A program made the translations under genes and the position numbers. Under the pieces are notes generated by a model. The model saw nothing but the letters and a program-made list of their open reading frames with translations. It did no database searches and had not been told where the DNA came from. DNA of 64,000 nt from NCBI RefSeq assembly GCF_009914755.1, contig NC_060925.1; one strand, 5' to 3'. Shown here one piece after another: positions 28,369 to 58,622 of the stretch. Source of the DNA: the human T2T-CHM13v2.0 reference genome, Homo sapiens. How positions within the stretch are numbered: the first letter of the stretch is position 1; every line of letters begins with the position of its first letter.

Positions 28369-29402
28369 TAAAAAATAAGCCACGCGTGGTGGATACACCT
28401 CCAGTCCCAGCTACTTGGGATGCTGAGGTGGGAGGATCACTTGAGCCCGAGAGGTTGAGGCTGCAGTGAGCCATTATTCACACCACTGCACTTTACCCTG
28501 GGTGACAGGGCAAGACCCTGTCTCCAAAAAAATAATAATAAAATAGTTGGGCACGGTGGCTCACACCTGTAATCCCAGCACTTTGGGAGGCCAAGGTGGG
28601 TGGATCATGAGGCCAAGAGATCGAGACAATCCTGGCCAATATGGTGAAACCCCATCTTTACTAAAAATACAAAAATTAGCAGGGCGTGGTGGCGCATGTC
28701 TATAGTCCCAGCTACTAGGGAGGCTGAGGCAGGAGAATTGCTTGAACCCCGAGGCAGAGGTTGCAGTGAGCTGAGATCGTGCTACTGCACTCCAGCCTGG
28801 CGACAGAGCGGGACTCTGTCTCAAAAATAATAATAATAATAATAAAATTTGTCATGAATTCTGAAATTTCTCATGCCTAAGCTTTTGCCATTTGGACAAA
28901 CAAGTTTGATTTTTATCCCTCTTTAATAGATTTAGGGATGATAGACACATTGGTGTTTTTTCAACACCAAAAATGGTCAATAGATAGACACATTTAGTAA
29001 ATACATGGCCCTCAATAAAATTAAACCTAACTTTTTATCCGCTGAAGTATGTCCATTTGAGGTGCCATAGAATTTCTGTAAATTAATAACTTAAAATTAG
29101 GTGGGGGGAGTATGATAATTCAGCTTTTGGTCATTGGTAAGTTGATGTTGTCCTAATGATGGGAGTTTTCCTAGCCCCGTTCCTTTAGGTGTTGTGTCAT
29201 TGTCAAATCTTCATTGTGAAACTTTTGTCTTTAAAAGCAGCTTATAATTTCTGTCGTGCCCTACATGCAAAAGAAGTGCAAAATTTCACCAGCTCTCTGA
29301 TTTTGCAGGTTTACATTCACTCAGTATCATTGTTGGGGCAATAACTGGATTTGGAAAGCAAGAAAGTACATATCCCTCAGTACCTTTGTCTTTCTTCTTT
29401 AG

Positions 29403-29529
29403 ATGTTGAGCATACCGGAGCCACCAGCGAGTTTTATGACAAGTTCACAATTCGCTATCATATTAGCACCATTTTTAAAAGCCTTTGGCAAAACATAGCT
29501 CACCATGGCACCTTTATGGAGGAGTTCAA
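29403..29529 (+). CDS. UBE4B: UBE4B coding exon ((D)[18 protein letters not shown]...MEEF(N)), 127 nt
   Basis: tttAG acceptor, GTGAGT donor; ExTG...FYDKF Ufd2 motif. Confidence 0.97.
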
Positions 29530-29691
29530 GTGAGTATGGGGCCCCTCGTGTCACAACTTGCTTTCTTGCAAATCGCAGGTAGGATTGCAGCTTAAAAGCA
29601 TGCACAGCTGGGTTCTTGTTGACTGTTTGCTTGGTCTCAGACTCCTTTGAGTTTACCACAAGATGCCACTAAATGTGGGCAGGATTTTTTA

Positions 29692-30088
<397 letters not shown>

Positions 30089-30500
30089 CTATAAATATGC
30101 TGAGATGATGGGTTAAGTGTTTTTTTGGTGTTTTCTACGATGACAGTGTTAAATGAAGTTGTCAGAATGAGTGAAATGAAATCTTAGTTCCTGAATGTTG
30201 GAAGGACTTTAGATTTTGCAACAATTAGGTCAGAGTTGTCATTTAAAGTATCATTCTTTGTGGTAAGGCCCTAAACCTTAATTAAAGACTTTTCATATAC
30301 CTACCTGAAATCTGAGTGACTGCTTAAACCTGGACATTAGTAATTCCATCTAAATTATCTGTCAGTGCCTAAAAACAAAAGGGAGATGAAGATGCTGAAC
30401 TCTTGAATTATTCTTCAAAAATTTTATCCCATCTAAGGGCCGGGCGTGGTGGCTCATGCCTGTAATCCCAGCACTTTGGGAGGCCGAGCAGGGCGGATCA

Positions 30501-30814
<314 letters not shown>

Positions 30815-31581
30815 CTATACTTGTTAACCGAATTACTAGTCAATAATATACAAATTACCAGTGGAATAACTATTTGCCAGATAGATTTCTGTGAAGCAAA
30901 CTTTTTAACTTTTTGTTTCCATAAACTGCTCTTATGGTCAGAATTGTGTTCCAGCTAAAGCCTGGCACGAGGCAGGCCCATGGCTTGGTCTGAATGGTGC
31001 TGATTGGAGCGCTTGTCCTGAACTTGCCATGTTCCTGAGATCAAGGCCTCCTGCACTTGTTCACAGGAACTTCTCTTCTCCAGCATGGGCTTACCACCCC
31101 GTAGTTGCACAGTTGTAGACCCTGAAGTGTAGCTTCTTTTTTTCTCTACGAATCTGGCATCTCCAGAGTCTAACAGAGGTAGGCCAAGCTATTTCAGTTC
31201 ACCAGCAAGTTCTCATTATAACACGATCTGCAGAACAGTTCCTTAGATTGGAGGCTTCCAGTTTTAAAGTAAGTTAATATCCCACTTTATCAATATTACA
31301 GGTTCCAATTTTTCTTCCATGCGTCAGTCTTTGTGATAAGGAATAACTATATCAGTTGTTTTCTTATCTGTTGTATGTGGTTAATTATTTGCATTTTCTT
31401 GGTATATTGGTGAGTATATGCGTTTTTCCTGTTCTAGTCTGGAAGAAGTGTTTTCTCTCCTTAAAAACATTGAGGGAGTGAGCTAGGGGTGTGCTGGTAA
31501 GCCTGCTCTGGGAAGCAGGGTGGGGGAGTCAGCATTTGCTGGTTTTCCATGGTGTGACTGTTTCCTCTGTTGCCCAATTTA

Positions 31582-32013
<432 letters not shown>

Positions 32014-32188
32014 CTAAAGAGAAGCTTGGTGGTCCTTGAATTCCATAGTGCCTGACTTGTGCCAGGGTAGCCAGGCTTTTAGGGTGAGATAGTTGCAGTC
32101 TGGGTGGAGGTGCTTGTTCCCTGGGATTTGCTGTGGCATTTTGCTTCAGGGAGATGTATGACCATGTACAATATAATTGCCTTTCCAG

Positions 32189-32333
32189 CTCCGGGAAGCA
32201 GTTTGTTCGCTATATAAACATGTTGATAAACGACACGACGTTTTTGCTCGATGAAAGTCTGGAGTCTCTGAAGCGAATCCATGAAGTGCAGGAAGAGATG
32301 AAGAACAAAGAACAGTGGGACCAGTTGCCCCGG
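32189..32333 (+). CDS. UBE4B: UBE4B coding exon ([22 protein letters not shown]...DQLPR), 145 nt
   Basis: ttccAG acceptor, GTGAGG donor; NDxTFLLDE Ufd2 motif. Confidence 0.97.
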
Positions 32334-33039
32334 GTGAGGACGTGGTCCAGAGGCTTGGACAGCTTTGCAGGCCATCTGCCTCCACACACGGGCAGAGCTG
32401 CTTTGGGGCTGCATTTGTGGGTCTGATGATATGCGATCTGACATGCTGGGATTTTCCTTCCATGAAATCATATTGCAGGATTGGAATAGGAAAATTCTTA
32501 AATACCTTATCTGAAGCTAAGAAATGGGTTGAGAAGTCTTTGAAAATGTACACTGAAAACTTTCTCTGCCTTTTTAATTTTAAAGGGCTTTTTTGGAGAT
32601 GAGCTTTTATTGTCTGAATATATTAATATTCATGAACATAATTAGGAAAGAAATCTCTAGAATTATGTCTGCTGGACAAGAATTTGATTTGTTCCTATGG
32701 GCTTCTCTAGGCAACTGTGTGAATCACTCAGGATCCTGGCGGGGTGTTTTTTCCCTTTCAGTTGATCTTGGGTTTTATATTCAGTTATTAATAGAAAAGA
32801 GGCCTGGCTTGCCAGGTTCCATGGAAAGCACGTGCTGTGCCAGTACCAGTGCTCTTTCCTGACGTGCGTAGCAGCCACTGAGATACTTCCTTGGTCGCTT
32901 ATGAGGCCCTTGACAGTTGCTGGTGACTTCTTAGATTGGCTTAGATTTATTGATTCTGTTCTTGGAATTGTCAGGCTCAGAATCAGAACTGATTTCCATA
33001 AGGGGTTCTCATGTCAAAGTGGGGACTGCTTTTTCTTCA

Positions 33040-35562
<2,523 letters not shown>

Positions 35563-35867
35563 GCGTATATTTTAGATGTTGGAATGCAGGTCTATAGCAC
35601 ATTCTCGTATTCATAGTCAGTACTTAATAGCATTTGTTTATGAGCCAACTGAACAAATAATATTGATTTTTCCTGTGTTAATGGATGAAAAAGGCCCAAA
35701 TAATTCCCACAATTGCTATTTCAGAAATAATTTTTATTTGGCTTTGAAGTCACTTTCTACCTCCCACTGCCCTGGCTGTTCCTGCTCATCTCCCTGACGT
35801 CTGAGCTTGGTGAGCTCCAGCACTCAGCCCTTAGGCTTCAATTTCTTTCCCACTCATGCTCTCTAGG

Positions 35868-37000
35868 TTAGTGTTTCTCAACGAGGGCACTAGTTGGAAT
35901 TTTGAGCCTAGTGGAATTTGGTATAATAATAACTCATGATGAGAAACCATCCCATATATTGCAGGACATTTAGGATCTCTGTTTCCTGCCATTTAATGTC
36001 AGGGATGTACCCTCCTACCCCCAGCCTTCAGGCAACGAGAAACACTGCCACACATAACCTGATGTCCCCCGGTGAACATCACTGCTTGGTGAGCTCAGGT
36101 ATACCAAGGCATTAAATACCTGTGTTCTAAAGACTCCAGAATATATCTCCCTGGCTCAGATCTGACTGCAGACTTGCAGACCAAGTATTTGTCTAATCAG
36201 TGTCTCAAACTCACTGTGTCCAAAACGGAACCCTTGATGTTGTCCACATCTCCTGCCTGAGTCTGCCCAATCTCAGTAAATGGCGCCTTCATTCTACCAG
36301 CTGCTCAGGCTCGATGCTTTGGAGTTGCTCTTGATTTCTCTGCGTCTCTCAGCAAATGCCTCTAAGCTCTGTCTTAAAATATATCCATTATCTGACCTCT
36401 TCTCAGCACCTCCAGACCGTTGGCATCTCTTACCTGGGTTATTGCAGTAGCCCACTGCTTGGTCTTCAACCTCCACTCTTGAGCATGTCCATATCAGGGA
36501 TGGTGTTAAACATCTCAGTCTGATCAACATCACCACTCAGCTCAGCCATTTTGGGCTTCCCTTATCACTCAGAGCCAAATCCTGTGGTGAGAGCAGCCTA
36601 CAGCACGCAGGAGGACCTGGCCCCACAATGTGTTTCTGCTCTCAGCTTTGGACAGTCTCTTCTCCACTCACTCTACCCCAGCCAGACTCACCTCCTGGCC
36701 CTTCCACTGACACGTGAGGGCCTTTACACCTGCTCTTCCCCCTACCTGGAATGCTCTTCCCTCAGATTTTCCGACTCCTTCAGATATACCCTCCCTCAGG
36801 GATACCTTCCCTGACCACCCTTTCCAGAATAGCATTCCCTGACTCCTGACCCTGCTTCATTTTTCCTCATCACTGTCAGACTTACTGTGTGTCTGTCTGG
36901 GTATTTGTTTCTATGAAGCAGATCCTCCCTAACGGAATCTAAGCTGCATGAGAGCTGGGAGCCTTTTTATTCTATCTCCAGTGCCCAAAGGCTGTAGAAG
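35868..37000. mobile_element. hAT-type MER fragment (MER20/MER3-like) followed by an L2 fragment
   Basis: agtgtttctcaac...catcactg termini; ctcagtaaatggc/cctggaatgctcttccc L2 motifs. Confidence 0.5.
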
Positions 37001-37551
37001 GGCCTGTTGAGACACCCAGGTACACATTTAGGTAGTTCACGCCTGGCTGTTCTTGTGTCTTTCCTGGCTCTGCCTTTCTTTCAGTAGGCTCATTCTTGAC
37101 CAGGGAACGGCAGGCCCCCCAGTATCCCTGCAGAATCTCCATCAAGCACAGACTGGAGCACTTTCCCAGAGGGCACTCACCGGCCAGCTTCAGCTCTGCC
37201 AGCTGTGTTCCTTTCCCAACAAGAAAAGGCCTCTGAACAGATGTAAGAATTGAGGCTTTTCCTGATGGGTCTGTGTTTGACCCATTTCAGAGCCTGCAGT
37301 GCAGTACCTGATTGTATCCATGAGTCAAACAGCTCTTATTATCTCCTCCCCAGCCCATGGCAGAGTTGAAGGAGGAAAGTGCGCCAGAGGTAAGCGTGCT
37401 GACAGTTCTGTGGTGTGACAGCCTCACAGTTTGGAAAGACAAAATTTTAAAAGCTTAGTAGTCCACAGGCACTTGTAGAGGCAGAGAGGCAGACCCGATA
37501 GGCCTCAATACGGTGGCACACTGCATCTCATAGTTTTAAAATAATGAAGAC

Positions 37552-39032
<1,481 letters not shown>

Positions 39033-39185
39033 TGAAACTTCAGTTATCTGGGACATGTGGCAGGCGGTTCTGTCATTCCCTAAGCATGTTGGGTTTATCA
39101 CGCACTTTCCAGTTATGTGCTTGGCGCTTTGCTGAGCTGATGACCAGGACCGAGCCTTACTCAGCGTCTGTTCGATGTGTCCTAG

Positions 39186-39398
<213 letters not shown>

Positions 39399-39660
39399 TG
39401 AAGTTCTGGAAATTTTAGGATCACAGTCATCAATAAGTGAAATTCTGTGACTGATTTTGTTCCCAGTTATGCTAATTGATACCAGACTCTGTTGATGGAC
39501 TGAAGAGCAGATGTCTGATGTCACCACATAGTCTACAGCCACTTCCAAATGCCTTACTGCACTTTGTGCTTAGACAGTACATTGGATTATTCATGTTGAT
39601 GTCATGACATATTTTTACCATTATTGATTCCTATATTTTACTTATAGAAAAAGCATAAGG

Positions 39661-39960
39661 TGCCGGGTGCGGTGGCTCACGCCTGTAATCCCAGCACTTT
39701 GGGAGCCCAAGGCGGGCAGATCACGAGGTCAGGAGATGGAGACCATCCTGGCTAACACAGTGAAACCCCATCTCTACTAAAAGTACAAAAAATTAGCTGG
39801 GCGTGGTGGTGGGCACCTGTAGTCCCAGCTACTCAGGAGGCTGAGGCAGGAGAATGGCGTGAACCCGGGAGGCAGAGCTGGCAGTGAGCCGAGATGGTGC
39901 CACTGCACTCCAGCCTGGGCGACAGAGTGAGACTCCATCTCAAAAAAAAAAAAAAAAGAA
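39661..39960 (+). mobile_element. AluY-like element
   Basis: ggagaatggcgtgaacccggga diagnostic; TSD aaaagcataagg. Confidence 0.92.
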
Positions 39961-40694
39961 GAAGAAAAAGCATAAGGTAACAGCTGTTGACAATGGAAGG
40001 ATATTAAGTAGAATAATTGAGACCGTGTAAAATCTTTGGCTCTCTTAGCTGTACCTTTGTTACACTCAGGAAGCCAAAGGTTAATGGGAGCCGGCCATCA
40101 CTAGGGTTTATGGTGGATTGCAAATAGTCAGAATGTTTGTTCTCAACTAGTAAGACCTGGTTCCTATTTCTAAAATTGAAACTGAGCAGCATCACTGAAG
40201 ATTTCTGCCCTGCTTCAGCCACCCCCACCACAAAGTTGAAAAGTTTTATGGTGTGGCCAGGACAAGGGTAGTGAGGAAGGCAAGACGGGGACCTAAGATT
40301 CGGTAGCCATTTGCCTATGTGGAGACATGTTTACTTTACAATGGAATATGACGTTACTGCATATTTCCCCTGATTTTCTGTATTTGGTCTTACCTTCGTT
40401 ATGTGACTCTCTGTTATGTGACTCCTGTCATCAGCAGAGGCACTATTGCCACTCCCTGGCCTGGGGACAACTCTTTTCCACTCTTTTAACTTTCCACCTC
40501 ATGTCTCTTCATAAACAGATTTCAGTGCAAGAGCCATGGAACACGAAACAAAACAGCTCAGACACTGGCCTCCCTTAAAAGTTTGCAAAGTGCAAGGCCA
40601 TGGAGCATGAAACAAAACAGCTCACTGGCCAGACACTGGCCTCCCTTCAAGGTTTGCAGAATTCTGTGAAGGCCAGATAGTAAATAGTTGATTA

Positions 40695-43014
<2,320 letters not shown>

Positions 43015-43853
43015 TTACCCCATCTTTTTAAGGGCCTTCTTGACAAATCCATTACATTTCTGAAAAGAGCCCGGTTTCTCAAGGGATCAGAATCTTCTTT
43101 CCTAGTCTCCTGCTAGAGTGCTGTTATTTTTGGGGTTGTCCAGATTAAAAATCTTGTGTGGTTTTCTTTACATTCTTCCCTCTCCTTTATTCCGTGGGTC
43201 TCCTGTGAGCAGATCTGTCTGTGTGTGCTTCATTTCCACAGCCACCGATTTAGGCTAAGCTGTCCCTGCGTGATCTTCTAGTCATCCCATAAAGGGCTGG
43301 CCCCCTCCATGGTCCGTTCTGCCTCATTTTCAACGTCCTCACAGCTAATGTTTATTAACTGTACACCTCATTTCACCCACTTTTCGTATCTCCACCCATT
43401 TAGTCCTCACAAAATCCTTTGAGGTAGGTTCTGTAAAGTCTTTGTTTTAAAGTGAGGAAAGAGGCACAGAGAGGTTAAATAGCTTGCTCGAGGTCACAGA
43501 GTTAGTGTGGGACAGAGGCATGATCCATGTCCAGGCAGCCTGGCCTTGAACCCATATCCTCAGTCTCTCTGCTGTCCACTTAAAATGCCCACAAAGAACC
43601 ATGCTTGTCTCTGTGTCTCTGTCTTTGTTCACACTACTTATCCACATACTATTCATGGCTCAAGTTAATCATCAGTAGGCATTCTAGAAGGTTCTTTACC
43701 CATATCTCATCCAAAGGAGTAATATTACAATAGAAGCATTGTAGGTACTTTTTTTTAATGACAGCTTTATTGAGCTATAACTCACATATGTAGGTGCTTT
43801 CTGATGTAGCAGGGGAAGTGGTCTTAACAAAGGATTTGCAGTGAAAAAATACA

Positions 43854-44155
43854 TAGTCATGTGCTGTTTCTGTCGATGCTGGACCACAAAGACCATGTGG
43901 CCCCATCATATTATAATACCGTATTTTCACTGTACCTTTTCTGTGTTTAGAATACTCACCATTGTGTTACAACTGCCGACAGGATTCAGTACAGTCCCAC
44001 ACTGTACAGTTTTGTAGCCTAGGAGCAATAGGCTATACCATAGAGCCTCGACGTGGTGTAGGCCACGCCATCTAGGTTTGTGTAAGTAAATTCTATGATG
44101 TTTACACAGCAACGAAATTGCCTAACAAGACATTTCTCAGAGCGACACATGACTG
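43854..44155. mobile_element. Tigger3a/MER7-like DNA transposon
   Basis: agtcatgtg...cacatgactg terminal inverted repeats; gtagcctaggagcaataggctatacc core. Confidence 0.8.
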
Positions 44156-44246
44156 TGTGTCTAAAGCAGTTTTATCATACAAAGTAGTGGCTCGTAAGAG
44201 GGTTAGGAAATTTTAGTTACTTGTAGATGTTAAAATATATACTGCT

Positions 44247-46758
<2,512 letters not shown>

Positions 46759-46879
46759 TCACACTTCCCCCATGCAGTCAGTCTTTCCTAAGTAATTGCT
46801 CCCTCCTCTAACCTACCAGAATATGAGTCTGCGTCTCACAAATGTAATGCTTCATTTTCTTGTTATTTTTTTCTTCTTT

Positions 46880-48833
<1,954 letters not shown>

Positions 48834-49653
48834 TTACTATAAATACAAACTACAGCATACTTTACTGTTTGGCATGGCAGTGATTTTTATGAATTAGGCA
48901 CCTGTGAGGTAGATGTTACTCTGCCCATTTTACACTCAAAGAACCTGGGCTTAGGAGGGTTCAGATTTGCCTACGACTGCACAGCTGGTAGGTGGTAGAG
49001 CCAGAATTCAAGTTCAGATTTGTCTGGGTCCACGGTGGGCGCCTGACCTCCACTCCACAACTTCCCTTCCTGGGGACATAAATCGTGTCTGTTCCCAGGC
49101 CTATTCATCAGTTCACCAGGGTGGTCTAACGTCCATGGAGCCCCTGACATGTGCTAGTGCTGAACTAAATGAGCTTGAAGAAGCTTGAAAGTGAACAGGA
49201 GAAGGCTCCTCTAGAGTATGAACAATAGTGGATTGTTTTTACCATGCTTACCTTTGTGGAAGAGAGCTGAAATTTTCACCTCTTCTTTCTTATAGGCTGC
49301 CAGGGCACAGTGCCCCCCAAGGACTGAAATAGACTAGATTTCCTTCTCTTTTTAATGTTTAAACTTTAAAAGAAATGCGTGCTAGCTGTAAAAATTCAAA
49401 AAAAAAGCCCGTCTGCCTCAGTCCTGCAGCCCTCTCCAGAGGGAGTGACCTCGTACAGTTTGGCACATATTATTCCAGTCTTTATCCATTTGTAAGCATA
49501 AAAAGTGCATACTTTTATGAGGCTATAAATGCATAAAGACGGATATATAAAATATATAAGTGTATATATAATTTTAGGGCTTTTTTAGTGGGGGAAAATC
49601 CACAAATGGATAATACTTTGGATATTTTCTGCAGCTCGCTTTTTTCCACCTGA

Positions 49654-49902
<249 letters not shown>

Positions 49903-50439
49903 TGAGTTAACTGGAAATCGATAACATTACAAGAGGACGTCCTGTGCAATTAATTTTTTAATGGTGTGCTAGAGCTGCTTTTTGAGACAATCTGTCTTAA
50001 ATTACATTTGCCTATTTTTAGCTCATATTGTAAATTGAGAGGAAGAAACATCCTTAGCTTAGCCTGACTTAAAGCCAGATAACAACCCTGAAGATTCTAA
50101 GGGCAGGGCTGCCTTTGCAAGTGGGGATTCACATTTTCAAAGAATTCCCAGAAGTCCTAAGACAAAGAATTCCAGCCTGCCGTCCTCACCACGGAGCCTG
50201 TGGGGCCTGCTGCTGGGTCTGTCCCAGGCTTTCTTCTCTGTTCCCTCCCCCCAGCAGTAGCTGACAAAGAAGCGCCTTCCCCTTACAAAAGGCAATGTAT
50301 ATGCCTTTATTGAAGGCTGATTTCCTTCTAAACCTGGGGGCCTCACAGGGGCCCTTTGATTGCTGTTCCTTTGGATAGATTTTTCGCTGGTAGAACGGGC
50401 TTTGTTTTCTTTTTCAGTCGTGGGCTCTCAGTAGATTAG

Positions 50440-50661
<222 letters not shown>

Positions 50662-50943
50662 TAAAGCCCAAGTCACATATTGGAGATGAAGCAGAAGGGA
50701 AATTTATCAAATGCAGAAACTACCTACTTTATGACACTCTGTAGCAAAGACCCAAAACACTCTTGGCCCTTTTTCCCTGCAGACATCCAGTCCCTCCCTC
50801 TCATGTCCCAGTCCTTCTGGAGTCTTCGGCTCAATGAGGGAAAGAATGGCCTTTTCTTCCCATTTATACAGAGCGACAAGCATCCTCTCTCAGGAAGAGC
50901 CCTCCCATCTGGGGCATTAATCCTCCTTTTTTTCTTTTCTCAG

Positions 50944-51005
50944 TGCCAGAACTGAAAGAGCAGATTCAGGCGTGGATGAGAGAGAAACAGAACAGCGATC
51001 ACTAA
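50944..51005 (+). CDS. UBE4B: UBE4B last coding exon ((V)PELKEQIQAWMREKQNSDH*)
   Basis: long polypyrimidine tract + cAG; TAA at 51003-51005. Confidence 0.97.
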
Positions 51006-51256
51006 ACCGTTCCGCCGCCCACCCTCTGCTAGACACAGCCAAGGCCAACGAGGCAAGCAGAAGCAGCGGCCGCAGCGAAGCTGCCGTTCATGTGTTGGAG
51101 GCCAAATGTGGCAAACCAACCCCAGGCCCACCCAGAGCGAGCAAACGCTGAGACCTGAAAGGACATGGATGAGAAGAGGAGCCCGCTTCCTGTACATATA
51201 TTTAAGTGACAAACACGGTCAAAAGCTTAAGGGACAGGTTTTATGGTTGCTTGTGT

Positions 51257-51262
51257 AATAAA
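51257..51262 (+). promoter_or_regulatory. proximal polyadenylation signal AATAAA
   Basis: AATAAA with upstream TGTA motifs (51191, 51254) and GT/T-rich downstream sequence. Confidence 0.65.
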
Positions 51263-52259
51263 GCATGTCCTTCGTATGTCACAGTTTGGGGCAACGGAAG
51301 TCTTTTAGTGATGGCTAATGGGTCTGGGCAGCATCCCTTCATGAATTTTTTTTTAATCCAATATCCGTTGATTTGATTGTGATTAGAGAACCTTGGACAT
51401 TTTGCTGCTAAAGAATCTTTTTTCCCCTCTCCCCCTTCCTGACCCTACTTGCACTGCTGTGGATTTTTTTAAGAGAAGCAAAAACAAAAGTAAACTCCTT
51501 TCCCTGGCCCTCCAAACATATATTCTGTGAGATAACTGTGCCTGCTACCAAGTGTTAATCCTGGGATCGTATTTTTATATCATATTCACATATTTGTTTT
51601 TTTAATTGGTGTTAGATGACATGATTAATAAAAAAGGCAAGATATTTTCAGAATTTGAATTTCAGTTTTTTTTTTCTTTTGAAATGTCCCTTTAAGATTT
51701 TTTTATTCTAAACAAAATAAAGAAAATCCTGCTGCTCTGGTCCTTGTGATAAGCCTCTCTTCGGCATCTGAGGAGCAGCTGCAGCAAAATCTAGGGGTGT
51801 AAGTGTATCAGGACTTATGTGACTTATATTTTGGGGAGATGAGGGTTGGGTTTTTTTTTTAATGCTACGTGACAGTTTGAAACCTTCACAGTTATCCTCT
51901 GGGGGTAAATCAATTCTTCAACCCTTGGGTGTGTGAGTTTGAGGCAGGGTCATTTGTGTGATGTGTTTGGCCTTACCAAAGCAAAAGAGGGTGCAAGAAT
52001 GTGGGAGTATGTCTGCCGGTTTCAACACACACAGACAAACACAGCCACACGCGCACACAAGTATAAGACTTTTTGTATTACTGCTCCCTACTTAACATAC
52101 TTGAATTCTCAAATTTCCTTTGGGGTAAAAAAAAAAAAAGGATTTGAAACCATAAAGTGTTCTGAAGAAATTAAGTCTATAAAAAGCATACTTTCTTTTT
52201 TCTTTTCCTTTTTTCCCTCCACAGACAATGTCCTCTGTTCAATTCCTAACGCAAACTAC

Positions 52260-52265
52260 AATAAA
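52260..52265 (+). promoter_or_regulatory. distal polyadenylation signal AATAAA
   Basis: AATAAA followed by a T/GT-rich element (ttctttgagtctcttctcttttgtgg); last such signal before Alu-rich DNA. Confidence 0.75.
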
Positions 52266-52574
52266 TGGTGACACACGTTCAGAAGAAATCTTCTTTGAGT
52301 CTCTTCTCTTTTGTGGAAAAAAAAAAGGGCAGGGCGGGTGGGTAAACAAGAGCCAAGTGAGTTTGCATGTGGTGAATGATCTTTCCTGGATCCAATTAGG
52401 AGCTGCTATTTTTAAAAGAAAACTTTCTTATTCATGTCAGTCTCGACATTTGGTTCTCATTTCACTGTTTGCTGATTTGAGGGGGTAAGCTTTGTCATAT
52501 TCAGTCTTCTGCCTTTCTTGAGTTTCTTCTGCTTTATCTCAAGTATCTTCCCTGACCTTCAAGATTCTTCCTCA

Positions 52575-57305
<4,731 letters not shown>

Positions 57306-57895
57306 AATCTCTTCATATATTTGTTACTCTAGTTGTATCAGTTATTTATTGCTGCATAACAAAATCACCCCAAAATGGAGTGGCTTGGTTCAATAACAGT
57401 GATTTTATCCCCCACAGTTCTGGAAGATCCAAGAGCAAGCTTCCAAGAGGACAAGACAGAAGCTGTGTATTGCCCTTTTACAGCCTAGGCTTGGAAGTCA
57501 CATAGTGTCACTTCAGCAGCAGTCACAAGCCTGCCTGGATTGAAGGGGAAGAAATGCAGAACCCGCCTCATGCTGGGAGGGAGGTCAACGTCACTCTGTG
57601 AGAAGAGCTTCTGGGATGGGAGACGTCGTTCTGACCATCTTGCAAATAACATTTGCCACGTTCCTCCTCTGGTAACAATTTACATTCTTCATATCTGCAA
57701 AATGATGCCTTATTTCCTTCCCGTGAGATTCCCAAACCGCATTCCATCAGGGCATCCGCTTCAAGTCCAGCATCTCATCATTGAAATCAAGTCCAGCTGC
57801 AGATGAGGCTTCTCAGATGGGATTCTTTGAACGTAGTTCCTTGAGTGTTAATCTTACGGATTTAAAGATCTGTTAATGAAAGATACAAGTTACCT

Positions 57896-58005
57896 ACACA
57901 CACATGCACACACACACACACCACGTGCACACATACACCACACACCACATAGACACACACGTGCACACACACACCACATGCACACACAACATGTGCACAC
58001 ACACC
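57896..58005. repeat. imperfect (CA)n-rich low-complexity tract
   Basis: cacacacatgcacacacac seen directly. Confidence 0.9.
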
Positions 58006-58622
58006 ATGCATGCAATGATGGGACAGGCATGGGAAAACCATTCTGGATGATCCTGTTCAAAAAGGTGGAAAATGGTACCCCACAGGAGTCACTGGTCCAT
58101 AGTATTAATAATTCTGAGATCCAACCAGGCATATGTCACCAGTTCCTTGTTCAGGGCTCAGTCCTACAGCCCAGGAATTGTTCACCAAGCCTCTCAGCTC
58201 CACCCTCTTGGCTCTTTTTGTCCTCTGAATCTTTTCTTCCTTTTCCATAAAACAAAAAACAAAAACTGAGCTTGCAATTAAGCCTTCTCAGTACGTTTCC
58301 TGCTTATTAAAAAAATATATACATATGTTGCAGTAACGCCGGGTGCGGTGGCTCACGCCTATAATCCCAGCACTTTGGGAGGCCGAGGTGGGTGGATCAC
58401 AAAGTCAGGAGTTCAAGAGCAGCCTAGCCAAGATGGTAAAACCCCCGTTTCTACTAAAAATATAAAAAATTAGCCAGGTGTGGTGGTAGGCACCTGTAAT
58501 CCCAGCTACTCAGGAGGGTGAGGCAGAGAATTGCTTGAACCTGGGAGGCGGAGGTTGCAGTGAGCTGAGATGGAGCCACTGCACTCCAGACTGGGTGACA
58601 GAGCAAGACTCCATCTCAAAAA

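Larger units (their letters stand above)
51006..52285 (+). other. UBE4B: UBE4B 3' UTR (long form)
   Basis: repeat-free, U-rich sequence from the stop codon to the distal AATAAA (52260-52265); the cleavage position is estimated. Confidence 0.8.

Noticed and set aside
57876-58250. His/Thr-rich 124-aa ORF
   Set aside because: Produced by the (CA)n-rich tract
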